Below are positions 13,136 through 26,022 of a stretch of DNA of 64,000 bases, one piece after another; the stretch's first letter is position 1, and each line of letters starts with the position of its first letter. A program made the position numbers and the translations under genes. The notes under the pieces were generated by a model. That model was given only the letters and a program-made list of their open reading frames with translations, was not told where the DNA came from and ran no database searches. Location: positions 37,884,001 through 37,948,000 of the forward strand of contig NW_024704743.1 in NCBI RefSeq assembly GCF_018977255.1, given 5' to 3'. The stretch comes from Callorhinchus milii. Lineage: Eukaryota.

Positions 13136-15716
13136 TCGAAGTGCAATATGTAGGCAGTTTGTGCATCACTGTATCCTGCAAATGTTGTCTGGATACAAAC
13201 AACTCAGTCTCAATCTAATGTCATTACCTGTAAAGATACTGACAAAAACAAACACAGAGCCATCAAGGACACCCCCAGTCTCTGCAGCCCTGCTCCTTGT
13301 ATTGGAGTAACACCTGCATAACATTTCATTCTTCACCAGGCACAAAGCATATCTCCAGTGTTTTGCACCTCATTAACAGTGACACTTCGAGCTTACAAGT
13401 TTCATTCCCACTCCATCGCGCTCACTTAAACCTGGGTCTGATGGCTGCCAGAATCACGGTGCAAATTCGGCCACATGTGCTGGTCTAAACAGTCACAGAT
13501 TTCACCAGTGATCCTCAGCACAGGGGAGCTCACAGCAACCAATTATGCTAATGAACAGGAGTAAGAATGGCTACCAATTTCACCTGTACACCACAGGTAT
13601 TCTCCCTCCTCTCTTCCCCCCACTGCAGTATCTAAAATTCTCTTTGTTATTCAATCTCCACCAAGACAGATTTTTCCCAAAAGGTTTACTGATCATGTCT
13701 GCAAAGTTAAACCTCCTCCACATCTCTTGTTCCATATCAGTTAATAAGTACACATGGGTTTGGACTGCAAAATAATTAATGCCCTTCATTCTCAGCACAT
13801 TAGTTAATGTTCAACAGAGCAGCAGTTAGTCATTCCCTCTGGTACTGCATTTCAAAATTTCCTGTTAAAGAAATAATTTCTTTAGACCAAAAAAAAAACA
13901 CTTCCTCAGTACAAAGTCCTGACTTTTTCTTCTGTCTTGCAATCTTCTCTCTCTTGAGGGAGTGATTTAAGGCAGGGTATGGTTTTCCAGGCATTGTTGA
14001 CTTTGTACCTTATCCTACTGGTCACTTTTCATATTGGACATAAAGTGTTAGCAGCTATGCAACCATTGGGAGCACCACAGCCAAGTCTGATCCTTCCCCC
14101 ACCAGATAGCTATACATGGACGTTTTTCCAGCAAGGGAGACTGAATAATAATGAGAGTAAAAAACATGATTAATTTTTCTCTTCCCAGCCCAGGGAGACT
14201 GGAGCCAACTGAGGCTCCTTTTCACCTCTCCCACGAGTTGGAAATCAGGAGAGTACATGCTCCAAAAAGATCATGTTTCTTGAATTGTTGTCCTCGTGAG
14301 CTATGTGTGTCAGAGTGCAAATAGACAAATTTGTTCTTCAAACAAACCTCAAACTGTGATCAACTCATACCCACTAAACTGGTGACTATCCTCCTGGGAG
14401 GCACAGATGAGTTAAATAGGGTCTCCAAGGATCTTGTTAACTCTGCAAGCCAAAGCCAGGATAGGTAGAGTGATGCAATCTGGACAAGGAGCAGGAACCT
14501 TACCACTGTTCAAAACAGCAAGCTGGTTACACCCAAATGCAGGCTGTCATCTCCACTTTCTAAATTGTGCCTAAACTTTTCACAATTAAGTAAGCATAGA
14601 GTCTCCCTTGGAGAGATGGAGTTTGCACTTTATATATATATATACACACACATATGTAGAACTCTCAGTATTCTGGTTTGGATTTCTGTGTATATTATAT
14701 TATTGAGACACGCAGCTGAGGTCTATTTGGAATTAAAAAAACATAGACTAACCACTTAGTGGGCAAATCAACAGAACATGTGAAAGATGTGCATGTCTGA
14801 ACACTAGGAAAGCTCAAAATATATTTCAGCAATATACACTCAACTTATAACTAGCTCTGCTCATCAAATGCCAAATTTCATCACTTCTAATTCTTAACAA
14901 ATGAATGAGGTTTAATTAGATTAACATGGAATCATGTACTTGCTGATGAGGACTGGGAACTTCCCAGGAGTTTACCTGCAACAAGAGCATCTGACAACAA
15001 TTTCGGATATTTGCAGGAAATCAGTCTTGACAAGTCAATGATAAATTTTGTGCAAAATAGCTTTGCTTGACTGTCCTTTACATTTCATTAGACTATAGTG
15101 TGCACCTCTTGGTGCAGACCATTTTCTCTCCTGGAAGTGATATCCTGTAGGCCCAATATACTGTTGCCTGTGCCAATACATGGGCAGACAAGTGGTTACC
15201 TAATTAGTTACCTTGCAAATAATCTTTGAGCCAGCAATCCATTATTGTTGAAGGTTAGAGAATGGGCAAGGGGTGAGATTTTTCAAAAATCACATCGCTG
15301 ACACAATAGGTCAGATGACAAGAGGGATCTGGGAGGCTAGAGAGTGGGTTTGTCTGGACAAATACCTGAATCTACAATTTGACCCATTTATTGCATTTCT
15401 CTATGTGTCAACTGTAATCTATGAAGCAAATACAGGGAGTAGTACTCATGAGAAGTCAAAGCAAAGAAAAAACATATACTAGATTGAAATGCTACAGTTT
15501 ATCAGATCGTACAAAGGTCTACATATTGTGTGTTCCTCAGCATCAAGCAGGACAGTCACTAGTTGGTCAGAGACCAAGGTGAAAGAGAGATGAAGAATGG
15601 AGGATAAGAAGAAAAGTTAAAACAAAAGATTGGAAGGCCCTGCTCCTCGCTAAAGCTGGATTTAGGACCACTACTGAACGACATCAGAAGAAACCTATCA
15701 CCTACTTGCTCTCTTT

Positions 15717-16110
15717 GTCAGCCTAGCTCAGTTGGTAGCACTCTCTTCTCTGTGTAAGAAGTGTGTGGGCTCAAGCCCCACGTCAGTACTTGGACCTCAT
15801 ATGGTCTAAGATGGCACTCTCCTGGAGAGTGCTGCATTGCTGGAGGTCCTGTCCTTTGGATGAGATGTTAAATCAAGGCACGTCTGATTGTCCAAATAGA
15901 CATTAAAGATCCCATGGCGCTATTCGAAAAGAGAAGGGAGTTTCTCGGTGTCCTTGCCAACAATCCTTCAAATAAAATTGATCACTCGCTCCATGGCTGT
16001 TTGTGAGACATTGCTATGCACAAAATAGCTGCCACATTCACCCACAAAACACACAGTCACTGGACATCTGTGAAGCACTTGGAACATCTTCCCAATGTGA
16101 AAGGCACTAT
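15717..16110 (+). mobile_element. DeuSINE-like SINE (SacSINE1/AmnSINE-related)
   Basis: tRNA-like head gtcagcctagctcagttggtagcactct; central gtgctgcattg...ggatgagatgttaaa...aaagatcccatggc; L2-like tail. Family name is from recalled similarity. Confidence 0.75.
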
Positions 16111-16852
16111 GGAACGATTATCATAATAAAATTCACATAAGTCATTATCAGTCGAGACCATAACATTTAATATGATTTATGTGAAGTTGCAGGCAAATAT
16201 AAGTTGTATCAAATCCGATTTAATCAATAATCTACACTGCGCATGTGTAATTCAAACCAGCTAGTAGTGCACATGCGGTACTTTGTCACTGCAGCTGGTA
16301 AGTTCGCTTGCAGTGATGGGTCAAGGCTATGTTGGCTGTCATGGTTGTTAGGAACCCAGTTCTTAGTCAATTTGCGTTTTTCTAACCGGGGGTAATAATC
16401 CCTTAAATATAAAAATTTGGTCACTCAATCAACAATCCACTGTTTGAGGGACATTGCTGTGCGCAATTGGCTGCCACATTTCACCCCAAAAATATACAAT
16501 CAATTCACTTTATAATATATTCTGTGAAGTAATATCAAATGAAAGGATTATTATTATTATTATTATGTTTCCCGTGATTCAATGCCTCTTGACCCATCGC
16601 CACATGTGCACTTACCAGAAAGCATTGGAATCGCATTGAATCATTGCTGGTAAGTGCACATACGTTGACAGGTCAAGGCTACATTTTCTACAGTTCAGTG
16701 CAGCTGGTATCTGCAGGAGTACTGGAGGATAGGGGAGTGATAATGCAAATTGATTAAAATGACTAGTGCAAAGAAATCTAATTGGTTTTGATAGGAAACG
16801 GAATGGGATTCGGGTACATGGATGACTTAAGCAATTATACGATTTATATAGA

Positions 16853-17025
16853 TAAGACTTAGACCATAAGACCATAAGACGTAGGAGTAGGCCATTCGGC
16901 CCTTCGAGCTTGCCCCACTATTTAATAAGATCATGGCTGATCTTCTAACCTCGTTCCATTATCCGCCCTATACCCATATCCCTTAATCCCTATATCCTTT
17001 AGAAATCCATCAACCTCAGACTTAA
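16853..17025 (-). mobile_element. CR1 LINE 3' end
   Basis: Reverse complement of the CR1 3' UTR with (accataag)n tail. Confidence 0.8.
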
Positions 17026-17159
17026 GTTAGTTTTACTGTATTATAATGGAGTACTAGCTCCAAAAGCAAAGGGAGAGGAAGGAAGAAAAGGAAAGCTGGG
17101 ACTAATTTTCCCAATCAGAATTTCTTTACTGCAGGATTTCTTCCAGCTGAGCTACTCAC

Positions 17160-17325
17160 CTCACAATACTCTGTAATGATGCAGAAACTATCGCGCTCTA
17201 GGAAACTGGTGTAGAACTTGACAATTGCTGGATGATCGAGCTTAGACAGCAGCTGTGCCTCCAAATTGGCTTGTACGGTTTCATTGGGTTTCAAGTCTCC
17301 GACAGAAATCTCCTTTAACACTTTC
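17160..17325 (-). CDS. NEK11: NEK11 coding exon 2
   Basis: 166 nt, G+KVLKEISVGDLKPNETVQANLEAQLLSKLDHPAIVKFYTSFLERDSFCIITEYCE. CAG acceptor and GTGAGT donor. The phase-2 join CT|G gives Leu with the previous exon. Contains the catalytic Lys and alphaC Glu. Confidence 0.96.
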
Positions 17326-18219
17326 CTGGCAAGGAGAAATAGAAAAATAAACAACATTTTAATTATTTTGTTTACAGACCAGCAGCATCTGTTTCACATG
17401 GATGCACATAAGGGACAGGAAATTGAGATGAAAATTAGACAAATTGCCCATCGAGTGCATTGATTGATTAAATTGAACAGAATGCGATTTGATATTGTGC
17501 CTATCGTTTAAGTCAACATTGCACTAGTAAATTGTGCAAACAGCAATTATTGTTAATGAAAATTCAATTAAATGCCCCAAAACATTTTTAAACTTGACAG
17601 TGTCTTCATCTTTGTCTGTCCGTTGTGGAGAGGAAGAAAGAGAGGCAGAGACAGTGTTGGTAACGTTCAGTTAAATCAATCCAAGGTGGGGCACAAAGCA
17701 TTTATCTCCTTTTTGCTGGAATTCTTTTTGCAGCCGAAGCTGTATGTTATTCTATGGGAAAGTAGGGCTAACAAAATTACAGCATTTGTCACCTCAGGCT
17801 ATCTGTTTTCCAGACACCTACAATCTAGCGCTAGCAGATGCCTTGCAGTACATCTAACGTCTTAGCCTGGGAAAACAGGTACTGTAAAATTGGGGGGGAA
17901 GGGCCATTTAAAATGATAGCACAAAGATTGGAGGAAAATTAATTCATTTTCTATGCTTTCATTTTCTTTTGTTCTCTAACCTCAACTTAATTTAAGGAAA
18001 ACATTATTCAAAAGAAGAAAAAAGAGAGAAATAAAAACAGGTGCACGTAATTTCAGAATTATAAGACACTGAAATAGATTCAATCCAAAATAAAATCCCA
18101 TTTGTTAAAAATAACCAACAGTTCTCAACTCCTTTTGTCTCAAGACTATGGGCTCACATTACTGGGAACGAGGAAATAACCTGCAGGAGAGAGCCAAGAT
18201 ATTAAAATAAACATAATAT

Positions 18220-18545
18220 AATAATCCGTGCGTTTGATATAGCGCCTTATCACGTCATTAAGACATCTCAAAGCGCTTCACAGAATATATTGTAAAGTGG
18301 ATTAACTGTGTATTTTGTGAGCGAAATGCGGCAGCTATGTCCCACAAACAGTCATGGATTGAGTTTTTTTTATTACCCCCAGAAGGCGATCCCCAATTGA
18401 CTAATAAGTGGATTCCTACATATTGCTCCGTAAACAGAGGCGTGTGTTGTAAGGAAAGTTGCCTAAGGTTTCTCCCCGCCTGGGAATCGAACCTGGGCCT
18501 CTCGTTTATGAGGCAAGCTCACTAACCACTACGCTACGGGATTCT
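18220..18545 (-). mobile_element. tRNA-Ala-derived SINE
   Basis: Head-to-tail reverse complement of the family. Confidence 0.87.
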
Positions 18546-18734
18546 TATTAATAACAAATGCCCTGGGTTAATCAACGGTTTACTTCATAACATTGAGTTT
18601 AGTACATTCTTCTAACAAGTTACTGCAGGATCTTCAAGAATGTAGGCAACAATCATATTTCATCACAGTGCAGAGGAAAGCAATGAAGATCCCAGTGGTA
18701 AATGAATGAGCTATGAGCAACAATTAGACCAACT

Positions 18735-19078
18735 AAGGCTATTCAGTCTTGAGAGAAGATGACTCAGAGCGGCCTACATAGAGGTGTATAAGATTTTAAA
18801 TGGGATTGAACAAGTAAACCCAGATCATTACTTTAGGATGTACCAACTAGAATAAGGGAACATAGGTTTGGAATTATGAAGAATAGTTTCAGAGCAGATA
18901 CCAGTTTTCTTTACTCAGAGGGTTAATTAACAACTGGAATAGTTGGCCTGTAGGGTGGTTGAGTTCAGGACAGTGGGCTCATATAAAAGACAGTTTGATG
19001 CTGGGACGGTCTTCTGGAAGGATGAGATCAGATGGGCCAAAGAGTTTTCTTCATCCAAACCAACTTGTGATCTTGTGA
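18735..19078 (+). mobile_element. Older CR1 LINE 3' fragment
   Basis: LFSLEKR..IEVYKILNG-like remnant; cttgtgatcttgtg tail. Confidence 0.7.
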
Positions 19079-19487
19079 AATAATTTCAGCTTCATAAACA
19101 TGCATCCAACATGCTTTCACCCCCAAAGGCGTGAAACTATTACTTTAATAATAAACCTTGCATTTGATATAGCGCTTTTTCACGTCGGGAGGACGTGAAA
19201 AAAATCTGTTACTTTAGTTCCTTGTACAGAATGGAAGCACCTCAGTGGCACACAAAAATAGGAAAATTAGCTCTCGTATAAATGCATGTGTGGAAGAATT
19301 ACAAATAATGTAATTAATCCAATTGCCATTAAGATATATCGCTAGATTTTAAAGCCAACATCTTTGAACATGCAGAAACACATTGCTATGCTAAAAGCAT
19401 CGAAACCAGAAATCCACATATAACCTTCACATGAAATTTCCCATATTTGGAAAGGGACTGCAAGGGCAAATTTGTTGAATCTATTTT

Positions 19488-19797
19488 AATAATAATAATC
19501 CTTGCATTTGACAGAACACCCTCTCATGTCATTGAGATGTCTCAAAGCGCTTACAATATTGTAAAGTTGATTATATTTTGAGGGCGAAACACGGCAGCCA
19601 ATTGTGCCTAGTTGTGTTCCACAAACAATCATAGATTGAATGGCCAGTCGACTAACAACTAAGTTCCTATTTACTCCTAGGTAAATAGACGGGTGTGGGG
19701 TAAGGAAATTTGCATAAGGTTTTGCCCTATCAGGAATTGAACCCGAGGCTCCCCTTGCATTTGAGGTGAGAGAGCTATCCTCTACACTACGGGACTT
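19488..19797 (-). mobile_element. tRNA-Ala-derived SINE
   Basis: Head-to-tail reverse complement with an internal deletion. Confidence 0.85.
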
Positions 19798-21134
19798 CTA
19801 TTAACTCATCAAAAAAGAAAAATAAATATTCTTATGGCAATCCCAAGCAATTCTTGCATTTTTCATAAACTGTCTTATCTTTCTGTGATGGAAAGTTCAG
19901 ATACATTTTACTGACAGTGAAGTGAATGCACACAGGAAAACATGCCAGAGGAAACATCAAACCCTTGAGCTCATGCAATACTGGGATTCCCAGCTGAAAA
20001 ACACTCTCAAGCCACAATAAGTCTAATCCACACGCGCACTTCGATCACCTGAGTCAGTCCATTGAAGCAAATCTGATCAGTACAGAACCTGTCATTTGTG
20101 AATATTCATAATTGAGTACTGCCATTTGAACATGGCAGCTTTGATTTCTCTTTTTATTGCGCTTTGCCATCAGTAAACAGAAGCTTCAACTCATCAGTCA
20201 GTGGCACACAGTAAATATACAAACTTTTTCCCCAATTGTAGTGAAGTAAGTGCAAGTACAGAAATGTTAACTTGTCTAAGTTTAAAGAGCAGTCATTCTG
20301 CTGAATACAGTCCTTTGACCAGTGTCCAGTCACAAACATTTAGTGTTTGTCCGTCAAGAATTCATCAGACTAATTATTTCAACACTAGATACCACTGTCA
20401 CTCAGAGAAGTAATACGTTTTCAAATATCACTTTAAGATGATTCATTACAACACTGCAAAGCAGACTTTTTTTTACAAGTGGTTTGAATCCTGTACAGGG
20501 TCCTGAAAATATTCATCAATAAAGGAGAACCATGATAACTCAGGACAGGATGAATCTGATCCAATTTGTTATATCAATTATCATTCCAGAACAATTCTTG
20601 GGCAAACACTGTTAGCATTTAATTGCTTAATGTACAGTACATACAAGTCACTGTGAATCTCACGTTGACCTAAACTTTGTTGTGTAACTGGAGCTTAGTG
20701 AGTAGTGAGCCCATTACAAACTGGGCAAGTGGGGGCGAGACCACCATGTCTTACACTGATTTGGCTTCAGACTATCCACAAGGTGTGTAACTATAGCCAA
20801 TGCAAAATGAGCTTTAGAATTGTTTTTAAAAAGCAGCTTAATAAGCTCTCACATGATCAAATTAATCATTATATTCAATCTTAAAGAGCAGCCAGAACAA
20901 TGTACTCTGAAGCAACATTAAAAATTAAATGGCATTTTAGGTGCCAGTTGGCAGAGCCCTCTACATAGGCTGTGAGGTTCAATCGAAGCTGCCAGTTCAC
21001 ATGACTCCAACACAAGGATATCAATCAGTATGTGCCAGGGTATGACTGGGCCAGACCAAAAAAAAAACTTGCTGAAAAAGTTACTCAATCTTCATTGGCA
21101 CAATTCCCAACCCGCTGGACAGTCTAGGATTTGT

Positions 21135-21540
21135 ACCCAAGCTGGGGGTTGGGATCAGGAGGTGTTGAGGACAGGGAGGGAAGGGGTAGGAGACTGACAG
21201 AAGGCGTGGTCAAAAGGAAGGTCTTGAGACGAGCTTTGAAGGAGGCAAGGGAGGGAGCGAGGCGAAAGGCCTGTGGGATGGAATTCCATAGGATGGAGGC
21301 AGAGAGGCTGAAGGCCGGACCGCCGATAGTGGAGGCGGGGGACGAGGAGCAAGCCAGATCCTGCTAAGCGGAGGGTAACGAAAGGTTGACGTGGAGTCAG
21401 TAGGTCACAGAGGTAGGAAGGAGCAGGTCCGTGAAGGGCTTTGAAGGCGAGGACGAGGATTATGATCTCTATCCTCTGGGAGGTGGAGAGCCAGTGGTTC
21501 CAGGTGAGGGTGATAGAGTCACGGAGCCTGGAGCGGGAGA
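21135..21540 (-). mobile_element. L2 LINE fragment
   Basis: Reverse complement of the same L2 3' coding/UTR region seen in other copies. Confidence 0.85.
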
Positions 21541-23459
21541 CTCACCAGACTCATTTATGAAACAGCGAAAGGGCGGTTAGGCAACATGCATTGCGTCAAT
21601 CCCTCGCTCTAAAGGCAGGCCAGATAACCTCAGCACAGGCTTCAGACATTTCTTTTGTTGACTGGGCCACTGACTATGATCATCCCAGGGCGACCCACCA
21701 CCAACTGGCCCTTCAAGCAGTCACTCGCTGCCACACTCTGGGAAAGAATAAAACTTACAGGACGAGGAGCCAGCAGTGTGAATGTGGAACTTGCCACTCA
21801 ATCACAATGGGCTTTTTTTACGAAGATGCCAGACATTAGACCACCTTCATTCTCATTTTACATGAGGGATCAATTTTACCTTTTAAGCCTGCAGCATCGT
21901 ATTAAGAAACAGATTGCAAAAAGCAGTAGAACATCATCAGGTTTTGCGTCAGTCATAAACTTTTACCAAGCACGCCACCAGTCTTCACATTCATCCACTG
22001 GGAACAACACATTTGTGACTAACAGTAGCAGCTGACAATTAGGATCGAGACCCATATGGTTTCAGCATTTGATCTTCCGCATGGCAGCAGCTCTTTGAAG
22101 TACAGTATGAAGTTTAACTATCATCTTTGAGCCAATATATTTCAAACAAAAGATATTGGCATCGGTTTCCAAAGTACGATTTCAATACATTAACTCTTTC
22201 CCCATGTTCATTTTCCTCTCTCTCACTTCACAAGAATCATTTAATTTAGCATTTAGTACTAAATCTTTAGTTCCACATAACCGGGTTGATAAGTCAGTGA
22301 ACAGTCTCCCATTTGAGAAGGCAAAGCAGGGCCACAAAATACACTAGTCATTTGCACAAGGTAAGCATGCCACCCACCTCTACATCCAGCTTTCACAGCT
22401 CTTCAAATAAACTAAATGTTGCTATGGGAGAACAAAGAGTAGTTGGTGATAACTAAATTCAGGAAATACATTTACTCCTGACTGGTCTGTAGCAGACGAT
22501 GGTGACTTTCTGAAAATGTTTCTTTTATTTCAAATAAAAATTGGAATGAATTTAGGCTAATCAGCTAAGGGGATGTCAGTGCTGTGGAAGGGAAGATCAA
22601 CTTACTTTTGCAACCCCTTCGGGATGAAGTGAAGCATGGGTAAAGCATAAATTAACTCCAGATTTCAGAATAGCATCTGCTACTCAACCAGTATTACACT
22701 TCCATTTCCCACATCAACTTTTTTTACTAATATTGTTTCCCCTTCCGTTCCTGAAAGCACACAGTTTTGCTCGTCCATGGGTACTGGCTGCACTCCAGTA
22801 CTTTACACAAGAAACTGTTCATGTGGACAAGTTAATAAGGCCTTAAAGAATATCACACCAAGCCTAATCCTGTTCTCACCTGATATTCATACTTCCCAAC
22901 AGGGATGACAGGTTAGCAACTAGGAACTCTGGCTGATTTTCCCTCCTTAGACCAGGGCTATCTAGCTATCTATGTTAGTTACAGCATTGTCAATGAACAC
23001 CTGCCTAGATATCAGCAAACTTGGCATGGACCAAGGTTTGAACCCAGGACAATCTAGGTCTGTATGGCTCAGCCTTAGGGAATGTTTCTCAATACAGCTA
23101 CAGCTCTATGGTGTCTATGAATGTTTAATCATAGACAACATTCTGTGCTATGATCTACAATGATTTAAGATGCCCAAACTTTTCCACACAGACCCTTTAC
23201 AGCTGGCAAACAGGAAATTTTCAGGTTCATATATTTCCAGAGAAGGAAAAACAATATCTCTCCAACTGTTTACAGTGTGTTCTGTGAAGCGCTTTGGGAC
23301 GTCCTCCTGATGTGAAAAGGGCTATATCAAATGCAAGGATTATTATTTACACCTCTGTATTGAGATGACATTTAAACAGCCTTCCCATCATTCAATGTCC
23401 AACTCAATAGACCCAGACTCCAATCCAAGTTCAAGAGATATCTCTGCAGAAAACGGCTT

Positions 23460-23843
23460 AATATAATAATCCTTATATTTGACATATGTCATTGAGACCA
23501 TTCACAAGAAATATTGTAAAATGTAGTGACTCTGTATTTAAAGATGTTCACAGCAGCCAATTTGCTCAAGGAAATGTCACACAAACCATGAATGACCAAT
23601 TTTTATCTGGGAGATTGATGGCCAGGGCACTGGATGAAACTCCCTTCTCTTTTCTAATGGTAACATAGAATCTTTAATGTCCACCTGAACGGGCAGCTGG
23701 AACCTCTAATTTAATGTTTCAATGGAAGGAAAGCACCTCTGACAATGCAGCCCAGCACTATGTTTACCTAGACTGAGCTCATAGTCCCAAAATGGGGTTT
23801 GAACCTCCAACCTTCTGATTCAGTTACCAACTGAGGCTGACAC
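23460..23843 (-). mobile_element. DeuSINE-like SINE
   Basis: Diverged reverse-complement copy. Confidence 0.68.
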
Positions 23844-23949
23844 CAGTTTACGTTACGAGGATTTTTCTGGCAGAAAGGCAATAGTAATTACTAAATTCCT
23901 TAGGAGAATTTCTTCAACTGTAATATATCTCTCGCATTGCAAAGCTCTG

Positions 23950-24373
23950 TGTCATCTCTTCATGAGAGCTTAATTAACATGAGAGTTTCTTATTAATACA
24001 AAATCAGCCAGGTAACGGCTGTGACCTTTAAATTATGATAATTTCTGCTTAAGATGACATCAAAGACCTTCAATTTAAGCAAGCCAAAAAGACAGTATCG
24101 TGATATTAAGAGAGGATCTCCCTTTTTTAAAGCTACCTTTTTAATAACATCATCATATTTTGACCTTTCCCATTTGGATAACAGTAAACGTATTGTAAAA
24201 TCTTTTATTTGCTCTACACTTTTCATTCCAGTCACAATCTTGTAAACCAACATAGGGATGGTGTCAGAACTTTTCATTAAGTCCACAGAAATAGCTGCAA
24301 ACTCTTTTTTAATGATCTTTGCGCCACTTTTAATATTGTGGAAAATGTGGTTAGCAAGGTAATTACCACTCAA
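23950..24373 (-). mobile_element. Degenerate non-LTR reverse transcriptase fossil (R2/RLE-like motifs)
   Basis: AKIIKKEFAAISVDLMKSSDTIP resembles DLxKAFDT; LKKGDPL resembles QGDPL; VTAVT followed after a frameshift by ADFVLI resembles AFADDLVLL. The motifs are in the correct order. Confidence 0.6.
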
Positions 24374-24687
24374 TTCTGCACTACACCCTCAGAGCACAAC
24401 CAAGATTAGTTAGCAGTCCATGGTTAGTTGGTTCTGTGTTTGAAAATTCATAAATTAGCCTCAGTACAAATGTGCAATCGTTTCTGAAGAATTAATATCA
24501 ACAGGGTGAATCATTCTGGACCGGGGTTAAATGTCCTAAAATAACACAACATTCTCAGTTAAGGATGGGAAAATAACCAACACACCATCTACATTTACCC
24601 AACCCCAGTCCCAGCCCCAACCCCCAAACCCCAGCCCCAAACCCAGCTTTATCCCCAGCCTCAACCCCATTGGGAGTGCTGTTGTGT

Positions 24688-24980
24688 AATAATAATAATA
24701 ATCCTTGCATTTGATACAATGACTTATCAAATCTTCTAGACGTCTCAAAGCGCTTCACAGAATATACTGTAAAGTGAATTGACTGTATATTTGTGGGTGA
24801 AACACAGCAGCCAATTGCGCATTGGTTAAAGCACTCACTTCGCAAGCGAGAGGACCTGGGTTCTGATTACCAGGCAGGGCAAAACCTTAGGCAAGTTTCC
24901 TTAACCCCCACACACTCCTCTGTTTACCTAGCAGTGTGTAGGAACTCAGTTATTAGTCGATTGGTGTATCACTTTCCGGA
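24688..24980. mobile_element. tRNA-Ala SINE halves in opposite orientations
   Basis: 3' half on the minus strand (24688-24821) directly joined to the 5' half on the plus strand (24822-24980). Confidence 0.85.
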
Positions 24981-24984
24981 AGTC

Positions 24985-25286
24985 ATGTCCCCCACCCTGG
25001 CCGCCCCAAAATCAGCGGTTGGGCCATTAGCCTTCAGCCCCCACCCTTTGGAGCTCCATCCCAGTCCCTTCGCCTCACTCCCTCCTTGCCTCCTTCAAGG
25101 CCCAACTCAAGACCCTCCTCTTCGACCACACCTTCAGCCACCTTCCTACCCACACTGACCCTGCCCTCCACCCCTCCTGATTCCAACCTCCTGCTCGGTT
25201 CCAAATTCCTAACTGTCCAGCGACTTGGGACATCCTCCCGAGGTGAAAGAAACAATACAAATGTAATTTGTTGTAGTTGTTGTTGG
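24985..25286 (+). mobile_element. L2 LINE 3' fragment
   Basis: L2 3' UTR and tail ending in ttgttgtagttgttgttgg. Confidence 0.85.
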
Positions 25287-25739
25287 TTCCCTGTCCTTTC
25301 CCCAGGCTAGCTTCAATTGTAGAATTAATTGCCTTAGTTAGTTGGTGGTGTTACAATAGTAGATAAAGAACAGAATGCAGTGTCTCGAAGCTGTACAATT
25401 GCATCTGCACCACAATAGGCTGTAAGTATAGTACTACAGAATTCTGCTCAAAATATCTGATTAGATCAATTTCCTCCTGCTCTGATTTAAATGGGTTTAA
25501 AAATTTTAACTATCCAATTTAGTGACAACTCCCTTTTCAAGTTAAATTGACATTGTGTGTGGTGGTGCGGTTGGGGGGTGTTTGCTCAGATGTGCTGTTT
25601 CCTGATGTCAACACTTCCTATCTTGGTTTGTGTATCATGCACTGTGGTGAAATACATACACATACTCTGTAGTTCAATTCAATTTGAATGCAAAACTAGC
25701 TAGACTGAACATCAATGAATAAATGTAACAATAAAACTG

Positions 25740-26022
25740 TTTGCATTTGAAATAGCACCTTATCACAATGTCATCACGTCTCAAAGCAATTCACAGGATA
25801 TACTGTAAAGTGTATTTTGTGAGTGAAATACGGCAGCCAGCTTGCACACAGCAATATCCTACAAACAGCCATGAAGTGAGTGACCAATTTTTATTTGGGA
25901 GATTTGTTGGCCAGTTTCTGAGTTGTGCCAAGGGATCCAAACAGGCAAACAGGACCTCGATTGGGACTTGAGCCCACAATTTTCTGAGTCAGAGGCGAGA
26001 GTGCTACTACTGAGCTAGGCTG
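25740..26022 (-). mobile_element. DeuSINE-like SINE with internal deletion
   Basis: Tail and head (ctgagtcagaggcgagagtgctac..tgagctaggctgac) are recognisable. Confidence 0.7.

Noticed and set aside
21591..22035. Overlapping 82 and 126 aa + strand ORFs
   Set aside because: No recognisable domain, non-ATG starts, no convincing splice context.
24596..24668. Interstitial telomere-like tract
   Set aside because: Degenerate CCCCAA/CCCCAG hexamers rather than CCCTAA; short low-complexity sequence.
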